64,000 bases of DNA. It comes from Spirochaetia bacterium. Lineage in GTDB: Bacteria > Spirochaetota > Spirochaetia > DSM-2461. The first letter of the stretch is position 1. Each line of letters opens with the position of its first letter. Below the pieces are notes generated by a model that was not told where the DNA came from, ran no database searches, and was given only the letters and a program-made list of their open reading frames with translations. Both the position numbers and the translations under genes were made by a program. The stretch covers positions 2,656,001 to 2,720,000 of the forward strand of contig OY764216.1 in assembly GCA_963668315.1 (NCBI GenBank), in the 5' to 3' direction. Shown here piece after piece: positions 44,276 to 54,800 of the stretch.

Positions 44276-44442
44276 GATAAGAAGATAGCACAGGAGTTAT
44301 ATAAAATATACAACCGGGGGCGTTGATCACCTGTCCCGGAAGTTTTTTCTTTTTTTTTTTGATGTTTACCAAAATGTTACCTGATGCACATATCTTTTAC
44401 TCGATTTATTAACACCGCAAGGGCGGTAACAAGGAGTAAGCT

Positions 44443-45498
44443 ATGAGAGCAGCGATATTTAATGATAAAAAAAGTATATCCGTGGAAGACCGGGATATGC
44501 CAGTATGCGGGAGTGAGGATGTTGTCGTACGGAATATGAGGGCCTCTATCTGCGGTTCCGATGTAACCGCCTACCTCCACGGCGGAGATAAAATGGGGAT
44601 GAGAAATAAAACCGAATTCGGCCACGAAATGGCAGGGATCGTTCATGCTGTGGGAGCCGATGTCCGGGATATCCCGGTGGGCATGAGAGTTTTCGTGGAG
44701 CCCATTCTGGCCATGGGGATTCCCCAGGAAGCTATGATGGCCGGAGGGTTCTCCCAGTATACCAGGGTGCGCAAGGCCGAACTGAACCGCAATATTTATG
44801 AACTTCCCGATTCCTTGAGTTTTGACGAGGCGGCGCTCATAGAACCCTTTGCCGTGGCGACCCATGGAAAAAACAGGGCGAAGGCACAGCCCCATGAGAA
44901 AGTTCTGGTCATCGGGGCCGGTCCCATCGGACAGTTTGCCCTGGCCAGCCTCATTGCTCAGGGGAATAAAACCGTCGCCGTCCTGGACATCGTAGAAAGT
45001 CGGCTTAAAGCGGCAGAGAATCTCGGTTGCGCCGCATACAATTCATCCGACCCTCTGGAAACAGAAAACTTCCTTGGGGAATATTTCGGCATTCTGCCGG
45101 GGAAAAATACAAGAATCACTCCGACCGATAAGGGCTACGCCGTCGCCCGGAACGATATTTTCGATATTGATGTGGTCATCGACTGCGCCGGGATCCCTTC
45201 CTACCTGGATATGTTTATGCGCCATGCGAAGCCGATGTCCCGCTTCACCTGCATCGCCGTCTATAAACAGCCTGTGACCATGAGTTTTCACGAAATTATG
45301 AGTACCCAATGTGCGATAATGGGCTCAAAGGGTTACGAACAGAAAGATATTCTCGAAGTCATTGACAATCTGTTAGGCAAGACAACTCCCGTCACCAATA
45401 CGATCACCCATACATTCCCTCTGGAAGAGATCTCCCGGGCATTTGAAAAAGCCGCTGCCGGCGGAGATGCCCTGAAGGTTGTCATCAATATGGAATAA
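44443..45498 (+). CDS. MDR-family zinc-binding dehydrogenase
   Basis: SICGSD, GHE, EP, GAGPIG; the structural-Zn Cys cluster is absent. Confidence 0.9.
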   Translation: MRAAIFNDKKSISVEDRDMPVCGSEDVVVRNMRASICGSDVTAYLHGGDKMGMRNKTEFGHEMAGIVHAVGADVRDIPVGMRVFVEPILAMGIPQEAMMAGGFSQYTRVRKAELNRNIYELPDSLSFDEAALIEPFAVATHGKNRAKAQPHEKVLVIGAGPIGQFALASLIAQGNKTVAVLDIVESRLKAAENLGCAAYNSSDPLETENFLGEYFGILPGKNTRITPTDKGYAVARNDIFDIDVVIDCAGIPSYLDMFMRHAKPMSRFTCIAVYKQPVTMSFHEIMSTQCAIMGSKGYEQKDILEVIDNLLGKTTPVTNTITHTFPLEEISRAFEKAAAGGDALKVVINME

Positions 45499-45560
45499 TC
45501 ACTGATCCGCAGATAGATTGACTGTTTGGGATTCCCGGGTATACTTTCACTGGAAGGAAA

Positions 45561-46280
45561 ATGAAAACCAGAATACTTCGAAACCGTACATATAGGGACA
45601 TCGCATACAAAGAGGGGCAAGCCGGCCATGCCGTTCGCTGCCATGTGCATGATTGCTGGTCCTTCAGTTTTGTCCTCAGCGGCTCTACCGTCGTGACCGT
45701 CGGAACGGAAAAGTTCAGGTTGCATGGGAATCAGTTTCTGGCTATTCCCGCCCACGTCCCCCATTTGTGTGATCCCCGGGACAGGGATAACTTCCGATTC
45801 GCCGTGATCTATCTTCCCGAGCCGTTACTGGAGGAGCGGGATGGCCGTCTGTTTCGACATTGTTTTTCCGGCTCCTGCTCTGAGTCAGATCTGGCAGAAT
45901 TGGCCGACCGGCTGCGGGAGGCAGGCGATTACGCCGCTCTCGGTACCGCATTGGATCTGCTGGAAGTTACCTTGGGAAAATCGGAAATGAAACCTATCGC
46001 GGTGTCTCTGTCCGATATATCACTGAAGGCGGATAGTCTCTGCCTTTCCCGCGATAACTCCCTTTCACGTTACCAGAGGTATCACAGAAACTGCCGCCGC
46101 TACGGTATGGGAGATAAGAATATGGAAATGATCCTCCGGATCGAAGCCGCGAAGGAAGGGCTTGAGAAGGGGGACCCTCTCGTTCATATTGCCCAGGATT
46201 GCGGTTTTTACGACCAAAGCCATTTTACGAAAACCTTCAAACAGTACACCGGCCTTACTCCGTTGCAGTTTAGAAACTGA
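45561..46280 (+). CDS. AraC-family regulator
   Basis: HVH cupin; IAQDCGFYDQSHFTKTFKQYTGLTP; TTGACT-16-TATACT promoter upstream. Confidence 0.92.
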   Translation: MKTRILRNRTYRDIAYKEGQAGHAVRCHVHDCWSFSFVLSGSTVVTVGTEKFRLHGNQFLAIPAHVPHLCDPRDRDNFRFAVIYLPEPLLEERDGRLFRHCFSGSCSESDLAELADRLREAGDYAALGTALDLLEVTLGKSEMKPIAVSLSDISLKADSLCLSRDNSLSRYQRYHRNCRRYGMGDKNMEMILRIEAAKEGLEKGDPLVHIAQDCGFYDQSHFTKTFKQYTGLTPLQFRN

Positions 46281-46334
46281 CCCGCCCGCACATTTTTACA
46301 ATACGGAATCACTAAAAACGCCTATCCTGTCCCT

Positions 46335-46736
46335 ATGAAGACAGTAATTATAATAGACGAATCGCTTCCTAATGGATTGGCGGCCAATACGGCGGCTGTT
46401 CTGGGGATTTCTCTGGGTGAGGCTTTTCCCGATATAGTCAGAGAACCTGCCTTTGATTCCGCGGGCAATGAGTATGCAGGAATTACCAGTCAGGTCATTC
46501 CCGTACTGGCCGCATCGGAAGATAAATTAAGGGAGATTGTTCAGGCCGCCCAGTCGGATGAAATGCTTAAACTGATTCCCTTTACAAAGATTGCCCAGAA
46601 AAGCAGGGATTACGATTCATATAAAGAGGAGCTGGCAAGGGCGGTGCCGGAAGCCGTATCATTCAGCGGTATTGCACTGGCGGGCACCGACAGAAAAGTC
46701 TCACGGATGACCGGCTCCCTTCCCCTTTTGAGGTAA
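46335..46736 (+). CDS. DUF2000-family protein
   Basis: KTVIIIDESLPNGLAANTAAVLG...IPVL...TGSLPLLR pattern. Confidence 0.8.
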   Translation: MKTVIIIDESLPNGLAANTAAVLGISLGEAFPDIVREPAFDSAGNEYAGITSQVIPVLAASEDKLREIVQAAQSDEMLKLIPFTKIAQKSRDYDSYKEELARAVPEAVSFSGIALAGTDRKVSRMTGSLPLLR

Positions 46737-46741
46737 GTGTC

Positions 46742-47398
46742 ATGGGATCATCGGTTCTCCCTCTGGTCATGACGGTTGTGACGGCCCATTTTCTCGCCCT
46801 TCTGAGCCCCGGGCCGGATTTTATGCTCATTGTGAAAAGCGGAATCAGAAACGGGATCAGGAAGGCTATGGGAGTATCCCTAGGGATAAGCTGCGCCAAT
46901 GGCATCTACATTACCCTCTGCATAGCCGGACTGGGAACATTTCTGGCCCACTCCCTCCTGCTGCTTCGGGCGTTAAAGGCTTTCGGGGGTGTTTTCCTTC
47001 TCTACCTGGCCCTGAAGGCATTAAGAGCCGGGAAGGACGACTATCCCGATCTATCCGCCGAAGATATTCCTTCCCTCTCCCGAACCAGCTTTATGAAGGA
47101 GTTTTTCACGGGATTTATCTCGGGGATTTCCAATCCGAAGAATCTGGTATTTTATCTGAGTCTGTTTGCCATGGTTCTGACGGGGGGGACGGGTCTTCCT
47201 CTGAAAATCGGGCTGGGGATCTGGATGACCGGGATGGTTCTGGTATGGGACAGCTTCATTCTGCTGATCCTTTCCCGCCGACATGTCCGGAAAACCTTTT
47301 CCGGGGCGGTTTTTTATGTGGATAAGGCGGCGGGAACCGTCATCGGTCTTTTGGGGATCAAGCTGATTCTGACAGCGGTATATGACAGTTCTATCTAA
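46742..47398 (+). CDS. LysE/RhtB-family exporter
   Basis: SPGPDF, NPK, six hydrophobic segments. Confidence 0.92.
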   Translation: MGSSVLPLVMTVVTAHFLALLSPGPDFMLIVKSGIRNGIRKAMGVSLGISCANGIYITLCIAGLGTFLAHSLLLLRALKAFGGVFLLYLALKALRAGKDDYPDLSAEDIPSLSRTSFMKEFFTGFISGISNPKNLVFYLSLFAMVLTGGTGLPLKIGLGIWMTGMVLVWDSFILLILSRRHVRKTFSGAVFYVDKAAGTVIGLLGIKLILTAVYDSSI

Positions 47399-47475
47399 GG
47401 TGAAAAGACCGCTCCCTGTGAGGGGAGAATCTTATTTTCATTGACTGCCGTCAAAAGTAATTGTACAATCACTTT

Positions 47476-48003
47476 ATGGAAATTGTGATTGTTTCAGGCA
47501 GCCCTGATTCGGGCAAGACGGCCTATCTGCGGTCCCTTCTCAATGAAGAGGGAAGTGCGGGCTGCCTGGCTCCAAAAGCATTTTATGAAGATCATTTCCT
47601 CGGCTATGACATGGAGCTTTTCCCCCACGGCGGCCGATCGGTTCTTGTCAGGGAAAGGAGGACCGGCTCTTCCCTCGAAAAGGTCATTCACAAGGTTAAG
47701 GAGGAGAGCGGCGGAGATTATATCTTTTTCGGTCCCTTTCTGTTCTATAACGGGGTTTTCAGGAAATCCCGGCAGTTCCTTCAGCAGAAGCTGGAAGACG
47801 ATTCATTCCGGACGTGGGTTCTTGACGAGATAGGTCCTCTGGAAATGGCCGGAGAGGGATTGGCCCCCTTGCTCTCTTCCATGGTAAAAGAGCATGGCCG
47901 CGCCGACAGAGAGCTCTACTTATCTGTGAGACCTGACCTGGTTGAGCCTGTTCAGGAACGTTTCGGGTTTTCCGCCGATAGAACGGTAAAACTGAATTAT
48001 TAA
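47476..48003 (+). CDS. THEP1-like nucleoside triphosphatase
   Basis: GSPDSGKT Walker A, VLDEIGPLE Walker B. Start moved to ATG 47476. Confidence 0.75.
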   Translation: MEIVIVSGSPDSGKTAYLRSLLNEEGSAGCLAPKAFYEDHFLGYDMELFPHGGRSVLVRERRTGSSLEKVIHKVKEESGGDYIFFGPFLFYNGVFRKSRQFLQQKLEDDSFRTWVLDEIGPLEMAGEGLAPLLSSMVKEHGRADRELYLSVRPDLVEPVQERFGFSADRTVKLNY

Positions 48004-48093
48004 CAAACAGTTTATCCCTCAAGGGAAACTCGTTCTTTACTTTTCCCCCTTTAGTCCGTATATTAAAAACAATGTACTATAAAGAGGTAAAGG

Positions 48094-50346
48094 ATGCCCA
48101 AAGACAACAAGGATGATAAGGACGATATTAAAATTCCGAAAAATGATAAGGGAGGGCCGGAAGACTGGAGAAGCCGATTTCAGCCGCCCAATAACAATAA
48201 CAACAATAACAATAACGGGGGAGGGAAGAAGTTCCGTTTTTCCATCTGGTACTTTTTCCTTGTAGTCGCCGTTCTGGGGATCATCAACATGGTCATGATG
48301 GGATCTTCCGATAACACGACCATTGACTACAGCCGTTTCAAGGAGCTCATTTCCAGCGGCCGTATTCAGACCGTTAAGCTGACTTCCTCCTATTATACCG
48401 GATATACCTATAAGAAAAGTGAAGTGGATCAGCAGGACCCCCTGGCCCTTCTGGGAGAATTGCAGGCCGACCGGTCGGGCATGAACAGCACCGTATTCCG
48501 AACGGTTCCCATAAATGATCCCGGTTTTCTTGAACTTCTGGAAGCGAACGATGTGGAATACTATGCCGTTCATGAGAACAGCGGTTTCTGGCTGGAACTT
48601 CTGGTTTACTGGGTCTTTCCCATCGCGTTCTTTATTATCATCTGGCGCGTCCTCATGAAACGGATGGGCGGCGGTGCCAATTTCATGGGCATAGGCCAGA
48701 ATCAGCAGAACCGCATTGTCGCGGAAAAGGATCTGCAGACCCGTTTCCGCGATGTGGCTGGATGCGATGAGGCCAAGGATGAACTGGTCGAGGTGGTCGA
48801 CTTTCTGCAGAATGCCGAGAAGTATACCAGAATCGGCGGAAAGATTCCCCGGGGGGCTCTTCTCGTCGGACCTCCCGGAACGGGTAAAACTCTGCTTGCC
48901 AGAGCCGTAGCCGGTGAAGCGGGCGTTACCTTCTTCAGGATGAGCGGTGCCGATTTTGTCGAGATGTTTGTCGGCGTGGGTGCTGCCAGGGTAAGGGATC
49001 TCTTCAAGCAGGCCCGTGAAAAGGCGCCCTGTATTATTTTTATCGATGAGCTTGATGCCATTGGAAAGAGCCGTGCGAACAACATTTCCACCAACGATGA
49101 AAGAGAACAGACCCTGAACCAGCTTCTCGTGGAGATGGACGGGTTCGACTCTTCGACCGGTGTCATTATTCTGGCCGCCACCAACAGGCCGGAAGTACTG
49201 GACCCAGCTCTTTTGAGGCCGGGACGTTTCGACCGCCAGGTTCTGGTGGACAAACCGGATCTACTGGGCCGTGAAGCTATTCTGAAAATCCACAGTAAAG
49301 ACGTGAAGCTGGATAATTCCGTCGATCTGAAGGAGATCGCCAAGGCGACGCCCGGCTTTGTCGGAGCCGACCTGGCCAATATCGTTAACGAAGCGGCTCT
49401 TCTGGCCGTCAGGAACGGCCGTGACAGAGTGATTCCCGTTGACTTTGACGAGGCCATTGAAAAATCAATCGCCGGTCTGGAAAAGAAAAACCGTCTGATC
49501 AATCCCCGGGAGAGGGAGATCGTGGCCTACCATGAGACGGGACATGCCCTGGTGGCGGCTTTTACGCCCGATCAGGATCCGGTTCAGAAAATCTCCATCG
49601 TACCCCGCGGCCTGGGCGCTCTGGGATACACCCTTCAGACTCCCACGGAGGATCGTTTCCTCATGACCCAGGATGAGCTTATCGGGCGGATTGATATTCT
49701 TCTGGGCGGCCGGGCCGCCGAGGAGATCATATACGGAAAGGTTTCAACAGGCGCTTCCAACGACATAATGAAGGCGACCGATATTGCCCGAAGCATTATT
49801 TCCGATTACGGAATGAGTGAGAAGTTCCGGAATGTGGCTCTTACGAAACGCTCCGGTTCCTTTCTGGATCAGGGGCCCATGTCCCGGGAATATTCCGAGG
49901 AAACCCAGGTTTATGTGGATTCGGAAATCTCCCGCATCATGGATGAACGTTACTCTCTTGTGAAGGGACTCCTGACCAAGCATAAGGACCTTCTGGAGAA
50001 AATAACCGATCATCTCATGGATGCGGAACTGCTATCCAATGAGGAGTTCATGGAGATCCTTGAAGCCGATGAAGCCGGAGCGGAAGAGCTGAAAGCCCGC
50101 CGGGAAGCGGATATGACTCCTTCGGTCCGTGCCGAAGAGAAGGGGCGCAAAAGGAACGAAGAGATCAAGGCACGTATGGTTGCCCGCCAGAAGGAAGAGG
50201 AAGAGCGGGAACGGCTCGAACAGGAAAGGCGGGAGAAAGAAAAAAAGGAGCAGGAAGAACTGCGCCGGAAGATTGCCGCCGGAGAAGGGCAGGGTGACAA
50301 TTTCCGGACCATCGAGAATAAAACCGATAAATCCGATCAGGATTAA
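48094..50346 (+). CDS. ftsH: ATP-dependent zinc metalloprotease FtsH
   Basis: Two TMs, [27 protein letters not shown]. Confidence 0.97.
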   Translation: MPKDNKDDKDDIKIPKNDKGGPEDWRSRFQPPNNNNNNNNNGGGKKFRFSIWYFFLVVAVLGIINMVMMGSSDNTTIDYSRFKELISSGRIQTVKLTSSYYTGYTYKKSEVDQQDPLALLGELQADRSGMNSTVFRTVPINDPGFLELLEANDVEYYAVHENSGFWLELLVYWVFPIAFFIIIWRVLMKRMGGGANFMGIGQNQQNRIVAEKDLQTRFRDVAGCDEAKDELVEVVDFLQNAEKYTRIGGKIPRGALLVGPPGTGKTLLARAVAGEAGVTFFRMSGADFVEMFVGVGAARVRDLFKQAREKAPCIIFIDELDAIGKSRANNISTNDEREQTLNQLLVEMDGFDSSTGVIILAATNRPEVLDPALLRPGRFDRQVLVDKPDLLGREAILKIHSKDVKLDNSVDLKEIAKATPGFVGADLANIVNEAALLAVRNGRDRVIPVDFDEAIEKSIAGLEKKNRLINPREREIVAYHETGHALVAAFTPDQDPVQKISIVPRGLGALGYTLQTPTEDRFLMTQDELIGRIDILLGGRAAEEIIYGKVSTGASNDIMKATDIARSIISDYGMSEKFRNVALTKRSGSFLDQGPMSREYSEETQVYVDSEISRIMDERYSLVKGLLTKHKDLLEKITDHLMDAELLSNEEFMEILEADEAGAEELKARREADMTPSVRAEEKGRKRNEEIKARMVARQKEEEERERLEQERREKEKKEQEELRRKIAAGEGQGDNFRTIENKTDKSDQD

Positions 50347-50378
50347 TCAGGTTTGAGGGCTTGAGCCCGGTACATGGG

Positions 50379-50413
50379 AAAATCCCCGGACCCTATTGGG
50401 ACGGGGATTTTTT
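50379..50413 (+). terminator. intrinsic terminator after ftsH
   Basis: AAAATCCCCG...CGGGGATTTTTT. Confidence 0.85.
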
Positions 50414-50480
50414 ATTTGTCAAAAAAGAGCTTGTTTTCGTACGGTAACATCCTATACAATATAGGATAGGAGGGATTCTG

Positions 50481-51917
50481 ATGGAATTCGAATGGACTAT
50501 TTTTCTTGATATTGGAGTTATCTCCTTTGCGTTGCTCATGGGAACATTAATCCGTACCCGGGTACGGTTTTTTCAGAAATATCTGATACCGAATAACCTG
50601 ACTGCCGGTTTTATCCTGCTTCCCTATTATAACTGGATTGCTCCGAATCTGGGGATGGATACGGTCAATCTGGAGAACATTGTTTTCCATTTTCTCAATC
50701 TATCCTTTATCTCCATGATCCTCCGGGTTTCTCCCAAGAGAGCGAATAAAAAGAATCCCGATGTTATGGCTACCGCCGTCACTCTTACGACCCAGTACGC
50801 CCTGCAGTGCTTTCTGGGAACCGGATTGGTGCTCCTTATGATATTTACCATTATGCCCGACCTTTTTCCCGGTTTCGGTCTGTTTCCCACCCTCGGGTAC
50901 TCCCTCGGACCGGGGCAGGCTTTTGCCATAGGAAAGGGCTGGGAGCATTTGGGATTTCCGGGCCTGAGCGATGTGGGTCTGACCTTCGGAGCCCTCGGCT
51001 TTGTCTGGGCCTGCTTCGGCGGTATCTTCCTGGTCAATTACGGCCTGCGCAAAGGCTGGCTTGAGCAGAGCAAGTACGACAAGATCAATGACGACGCCGT
51101 GCGGGTCGGTGTTCAGCGGCGCAAGGGTGAACCCCAGACAAGCCGCGTTACGAATATTACGACTCCCGAGGCGATCGACCCCCTCTCTTTCAATCTGGCC
51201 CTGGTATTGGGAACCTATCTGCTTACCTTTCTGCTTCTGAAGGTTATCACCTGGCTTCTCAGTTTCGCCGGCACCATGGGTTCGGAACTGGCCGTCAATC
51301 TCTGGGGAATCATGTTCATCTTCTCCGCTCTGACGGCGATGCTGGTCAAGGCTTTTATGGGGATGATGAAGATAGAGTACGTCGTGGATAACGACCGCAT
51401 GACCAGAATCTCGGGGTTTTCCGTGGATTTCATGGTTGCCGCAGCGGTGGGAGCCATTTCGGTGACCATTATCAGTGAGTACTGGATGCCCATTCTCATA
51501 CTGGGAGTAGTATGCGGCGTTATGTCCACCATCACACATATATGGCTCAGTTCCCGTATTTTTTCGGACAACGCCTTCTACCGAAGCGTTCTCTGTTACG
51601 GCGCCATAACGGGGACGTTGCCTACCGGTCTGGCTCTTTTACGCATTATCGACCCCAAGTTTGAGACACCGGCCTCCAGGGACTACATGTACGCATCGGG
51701 AATTGTCTTCCTCCTGGTTATTCCCATTATCCTGACGGCCAATGCACCGGCTAAGGGTGCCCTGGCGGGCTCTCTCACAAACACCTGGCTGACATTCGGA
51801 ATGTACGGACTTTATCTGGTCCTCTGCTTTATCCTCTATCTTTTTCTATCCGGTAACCGGCGCTTCAAGGATCCCTCCAATATCTGGCTCAGAAGAATGG
51901 ATCCCGAACTCCTCTAG
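50481..51917 (+). CDS. sodium/glutamate symporter (GltS/ESS) family protein
   Basis: Polytopic membrane protein; FFQKYLIP, LGYSLGPGQA, YGAITGTLPTGLALLR..DP. Confidence 0.8.
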   Translation: MEFEWTIFLDIGVISFALLMGTLIRTRVRFFQKYLIPNNLTAGFILLPYYNWIAPNLGMDTVNLENIVFHFLNLSFISMILRVSPKRANKKNPDVMATAVTLTTQYALQCFLGTGLVLLMIFTIMPDLFPGFGLFPTLGYSLGPGQAFAIGKGWEHLGFPGLSDVGLTFGALGFVWACFGGIFLVNYGLRKGWLEQSKYDKINDDAVRVGVQRRKGEPQTSRVTNITTPEAIDPLSFNLALVLGTYLLTFLLLKVITWLLSFAGTMGSELAVNLWGIMFIFSALTAMLVKAFMGMMKIEYVVDNDRMTRISGFSVDFMVAAAVGAISVTIISEYWMPILILGVVCGVMSTITHIWLSSRIFSDNAFYRSVLCYGAITGTLPTGLALLRIIDPKFETPASRDYMYASGIVFLLVIPIILTANAPAKGALAGSLTNTWLTFGMYGLYLVLCFILYLFLSGNRRFKDPSNIWLRRMDPELL

Positions 51918-51925
51918 GAAGCTGA

Positions 51926-52963
51926 ATGGACTGGAAAGGTCTCTTTGACTGGTACGACAGGGACGGCATCGCCTATCCCTGGGGGGAGGACAGGTCTCCC
52001 TACCGAGTCTGGATCTCCGAGGTTATGCTTCAGCAGACTGTCGTCACCGCGGTTATTCCCTTCTTCCGCCGTTGGATGGAACGTTTTCCCTCCCTGGAAG
52101 AGCTTGCCCGAACAGAAGAGGGGGAGGTCCTCCGTTACTGGGAGGGACTGGGCTACTATTCCCGGGCAAGGAATATATTAAAGGCCGCAAAACAGCTGAA
52201 AGAAGAATCGGAGGGACGATTTCCCGATGATTATGATCTTCTCACCGCCCTTCCCGGCATCGGGGATTATACCGCCGGAGCCATCCTGAGTATCTCCTTC
52301 GGCCAGAACCGTCCCGTCATCGATGCCAATGTCAAACGCATCTGCCAGCGACAGGGTTCCCAGAGGGAGTGGTCCCGGGAGACGGAACGCTATTGGCGGT
52401 CAGAGCTGCAGACCATAATTGAAAAAACCGATGACCCGGGAAGATTCAACGGGGCTCTCATGCAGCTGGGGCAGCTTGTCTGCCGGATAGGCTCTCCTCT
52501 TTGTCTGCTCTGCCCACTGGCAGAAAGCTGCAGGGCTCTGAAGGAGGGAACCGTCGGACTGATTCCTCTGAAAAAAAAGCGAGTTGTCACGGAACTGGAC
52601 TCCCATGTCCTCATCTATGAGACTAGGGAGGGGGAAAGAACTCTCTGGTGGATTATCCAGAGACGGGAGGGCATCGGAAAGGGGCTCTGGACATTTCCCC
52701 GCATGGACGGCGGCATGCCGCTCCCCGCAGGGTGGCGAGAAAAGAAACAACTCAAAGTAAGGACTCACAATTATACGAAGTTCAGGGAAACCTTGAAGCC
52801 GGTTCTTCTGGTACCTGTGGAGGGAAAAGGGATGGAACAGCTTCCTTCATCCGCCCTGAGGGAAGGGGAAGGGTTCTGGGCTATGGCGGGGGAACTGGCG
52901 AACCTGGCCTCACCGGCGGTATACCGAAAAATCATCGACGAACTGGTTGCTCTGACCGGATAA
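51926..52963 (+). CDS. mutY: A/G-specific adenine glycosylase
   Basis: SEVMLQQT, WEGLGYYSRARN, LPGIGDYTA, IDANV, C-x6-C-x2-C-x5-C. Confidence 0.93.
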   Translation: MDWKGLFDWYDRDGIAYPWGEDRSPYRVWISEVMLQQTVVTAVIPFFRRWMERFPSLEELARTEEGEVLRYWEGLGYYSRARNILKAAKQLKEESEGRFPDDYDLLTALPGIGDYTAGAILSISFGQNRPVIDANVKRICQRQGSQREWSRETERYWRSELQTIIEKTDDPGRFNGALMQLGQLVCRIGSPLCLLCPLAESCRALKEGTVGLIPLKKKRVVTELDSHVLIYETREGERTLWWIIQRREGIGKGLWTFPRMDGGMPLPAGWREKKQLKVRTHNYTKFRETLKPVLLVPVEGKGMEQLPSSALREGEGFWAMAGELANLASPAVYRKIIDELVALTG

Positions 52964-52970
52964 TTCCCGT

Positions 52971-52998
52971 AAAAAAGCCCCGTTCTCTTGAACGGGGC
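52971..52998 (-). terminator. intrinsic terminator of pta (convergent with mutY)
   Basis: AAAAAA-GCCCCGTTC-TCTT-GAACGGGGC. Confidence 0.8.
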
Positions 52999-53005
52999 CT
53001 CATCA

Positions 53006-54001
53006 TTATCTGGCCTGGGTCAGGGTTACCGCACAGGTGTTAACGATATCATCCACGGAACAGCCTCTGGACAGATCGGAGATCGGCTTGGCGAATCCCT
53101 GCAGGAAGGGGCCGTAGGCGCCGGCTCCGGCAAAGCGCTGAACCAGTTTGTAACCGATGTTTCCGGACTGAAGATCGGGGAAGATAAGGGTATTGGCTTT
53201 TCCGGCAACGGTAGAACCGGGAGCTTTCTTCTCCCCAACGGAAGCAACTACCGCGGCATCAAGCTGCAGTTCTCCGTCCACGTTCAGCTCGGGAGCTCTC
53301 TCCTTGACGATTTTCAGAGCTTCTACCACCTTGTCCACGTTGGGATGGCTGGCGGAGCCTTTGGTGGAGAAACTGAGCATGGCCACCTGAGGCTCGGCAC
53401 CGCAGAAGGTCCGGCAGGATTCGGCGGACTGGATGGTGATTTCGGCCAGCTGGTCCACCGTGGGATCGGGAATGGTGGCGCAGTCGGAAAAGATCATAAG
53501 GCCGTCGGCTCCCCATTTCTTATCGGGGAGATCCATGACAAAGCAGGAGGAGGCGGACTTGACGCCGGGAGCGGTTTTAATGATGGTGAAACCGGAAACC
53601 AGTACTTTACCGGTGGAGTTCTCCGCACCGGCTACCATGGCGTCCGCGTCATCGAGACGTACCATCATGGCGCCCCAGTTAAGGGTGTTCATCATTTTGG
53701 CTCTGGCGTCTTCCAGGGAAACGCCCTTGTGCTTTCTCAGCTCATAGAATTCCTGGGCGTAGGTATCCATTTTATCGGAAGTGGAAGGATCAACCAGGCT
53801 AATGCCGGAAAGATCGGTTCCCGCAGTCTGGGCGGCCGCTTCGATATCGGCTATTTTTCCGAGAAGAGTGATCTCTTTGGCAATCTTCTCGTCCAGAAGA
53901 ATCCGGGCCGCCTGAATGGTCCTGGATTCGGTTCCCTCGGGAAGAACGAGGGTTTTGCCCATTTCGCGGGCTTTGGCTCTCATATTTTCTGTAAATGACA
54001 T
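53006..54001 (-). CDS. pta: phosphate acetyltransferase
   Basis: LPEG, MLSFSTKGS, DGELQLDAA, FPDLQSGNIGYK, DLSRGC. Confidence 0.96.
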   Translation of the reverse strand: MSFTENMRAKAREMGKTLVLPEGTESRTIQAARILLDEKIAKEITLLGKIADIEAAAQTAGTDLSGISLVDPSTSDKMDTYAQEFYELRKHKGVSLEDARAKMMNTLNWGAMMVRLDDADAMVAGAENSTGKVLVSGFTIIKTAPGVKSASSCFVMDLPDKKWGADGLMIFSDCATIPDPTVDQLAEITIQSAESCRTFCGAEPQVAMLSFSTKGSASHPNVDKVVEALKIVKERAPELNVDGELQLDAAVVASVGEKKAPGSTVAGKANTLIFPDLQSGNIGYKLVQRFAGAGAYGPFLQGFAKPISDLSRGCSVDDIVNTCAVTLTQAR

Positions 54002-54143
54002 GACATGACTCCTTGTGGATGATAGGAATTTACACTAATTTTTCTTAAGAATATTCTTTTTTACAATTTGTTTAAAGGGGAGAAGAGGGATTTTTACCCA
54101 TTTGGCCCTATCTATCGGGCAGGAGAACGGATAGAATGAAGGG

Positions 54144-54800
54144 GTGAAAAACAGAACGATCAAAGGTGTCATGTTCGACCTGGACGGAACCCTTCTCAAT
54201 ACCATAGGGGGCATTACCCGCGCCATGAACAGCCTGACGAAAGTCTACGGGCTTTCTGAAAAAAGCGAAAGGGAGTATGCCGCCCTGGTAGGTCAGGGAG
54301 CGAAAAAACTGGTGGAAGATATCTTCCCCCCCGAATATAACCGGGATCAAATTTTGACAGCCTACAAAAGTGCACTGAACGCGTGCAGCATTGGGGGGAC
54401 CTCTTTTTATCCCGGTATTCCCGAAATGCTGACGTGCCTGAATCAGCTGAATCTGCCCATGGCCGTCTATACCAATAAGCCCCAGGATACGGCCGAGGAG
54501 GTCTGCTCCCATTTTTTTACACAATGGAAACTCTCTCCTGTCAGAGGCCAGGTGGAGGGGCTCGCTCAAAAACCCGATGCGGGACAGGCCCTTGAAATCA
54601 TAAGGGAATGGGGCATCAAACCGGAGGAGTGCCTTTACCTGGGGGATACGGCTACCGATATTCAGACTGCCAGGAACGGCGGCTTTCTGGCAGTGGGATG
54701 CACCTGGGGATTCCGGGACAGGAATGAACTTGAGAAAGCCGGGGCGGATATTATCGTAGATAGCCCCGGAGAGGTGACGGCGCTTCTGACAGAGAGCTAG
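54144..54800 (+). CDS. HAD-family hydrolase (phosphoglycolate phosphatase-like)
   Basis: FDLDGTL, TNK, KPD, GD..TD. Confidence 0.92.
   Translation: MKNRTIKGVMFDLDGTLLNTIGGITRAMNSLTKVYGLSEKSEREYAALVGQGAKKLVEDIFPPEYNRDQILTAYKSALNACSIGGTSFYPGIPEMLTCLNQLNLPMAVYTNKPQDTAEEVCSHFFTQWKLSPVRGQVEGLAQKPDAGQALEIIREWGIKPEECLYLGDTATDIQTARNGGFLAVGCTWGFRDRNELEKAGADIIVDSPGEVTALLTES

Noticed and set aside
53006..54001. Functional link of pta (acetyl phosphate) to the Rrp2-like regulator, or of kbl-tdh to the Thr T-box
   Set aside because: The genes are tens of kb apart with no shared signals; co-occurrence is likely coincidental.
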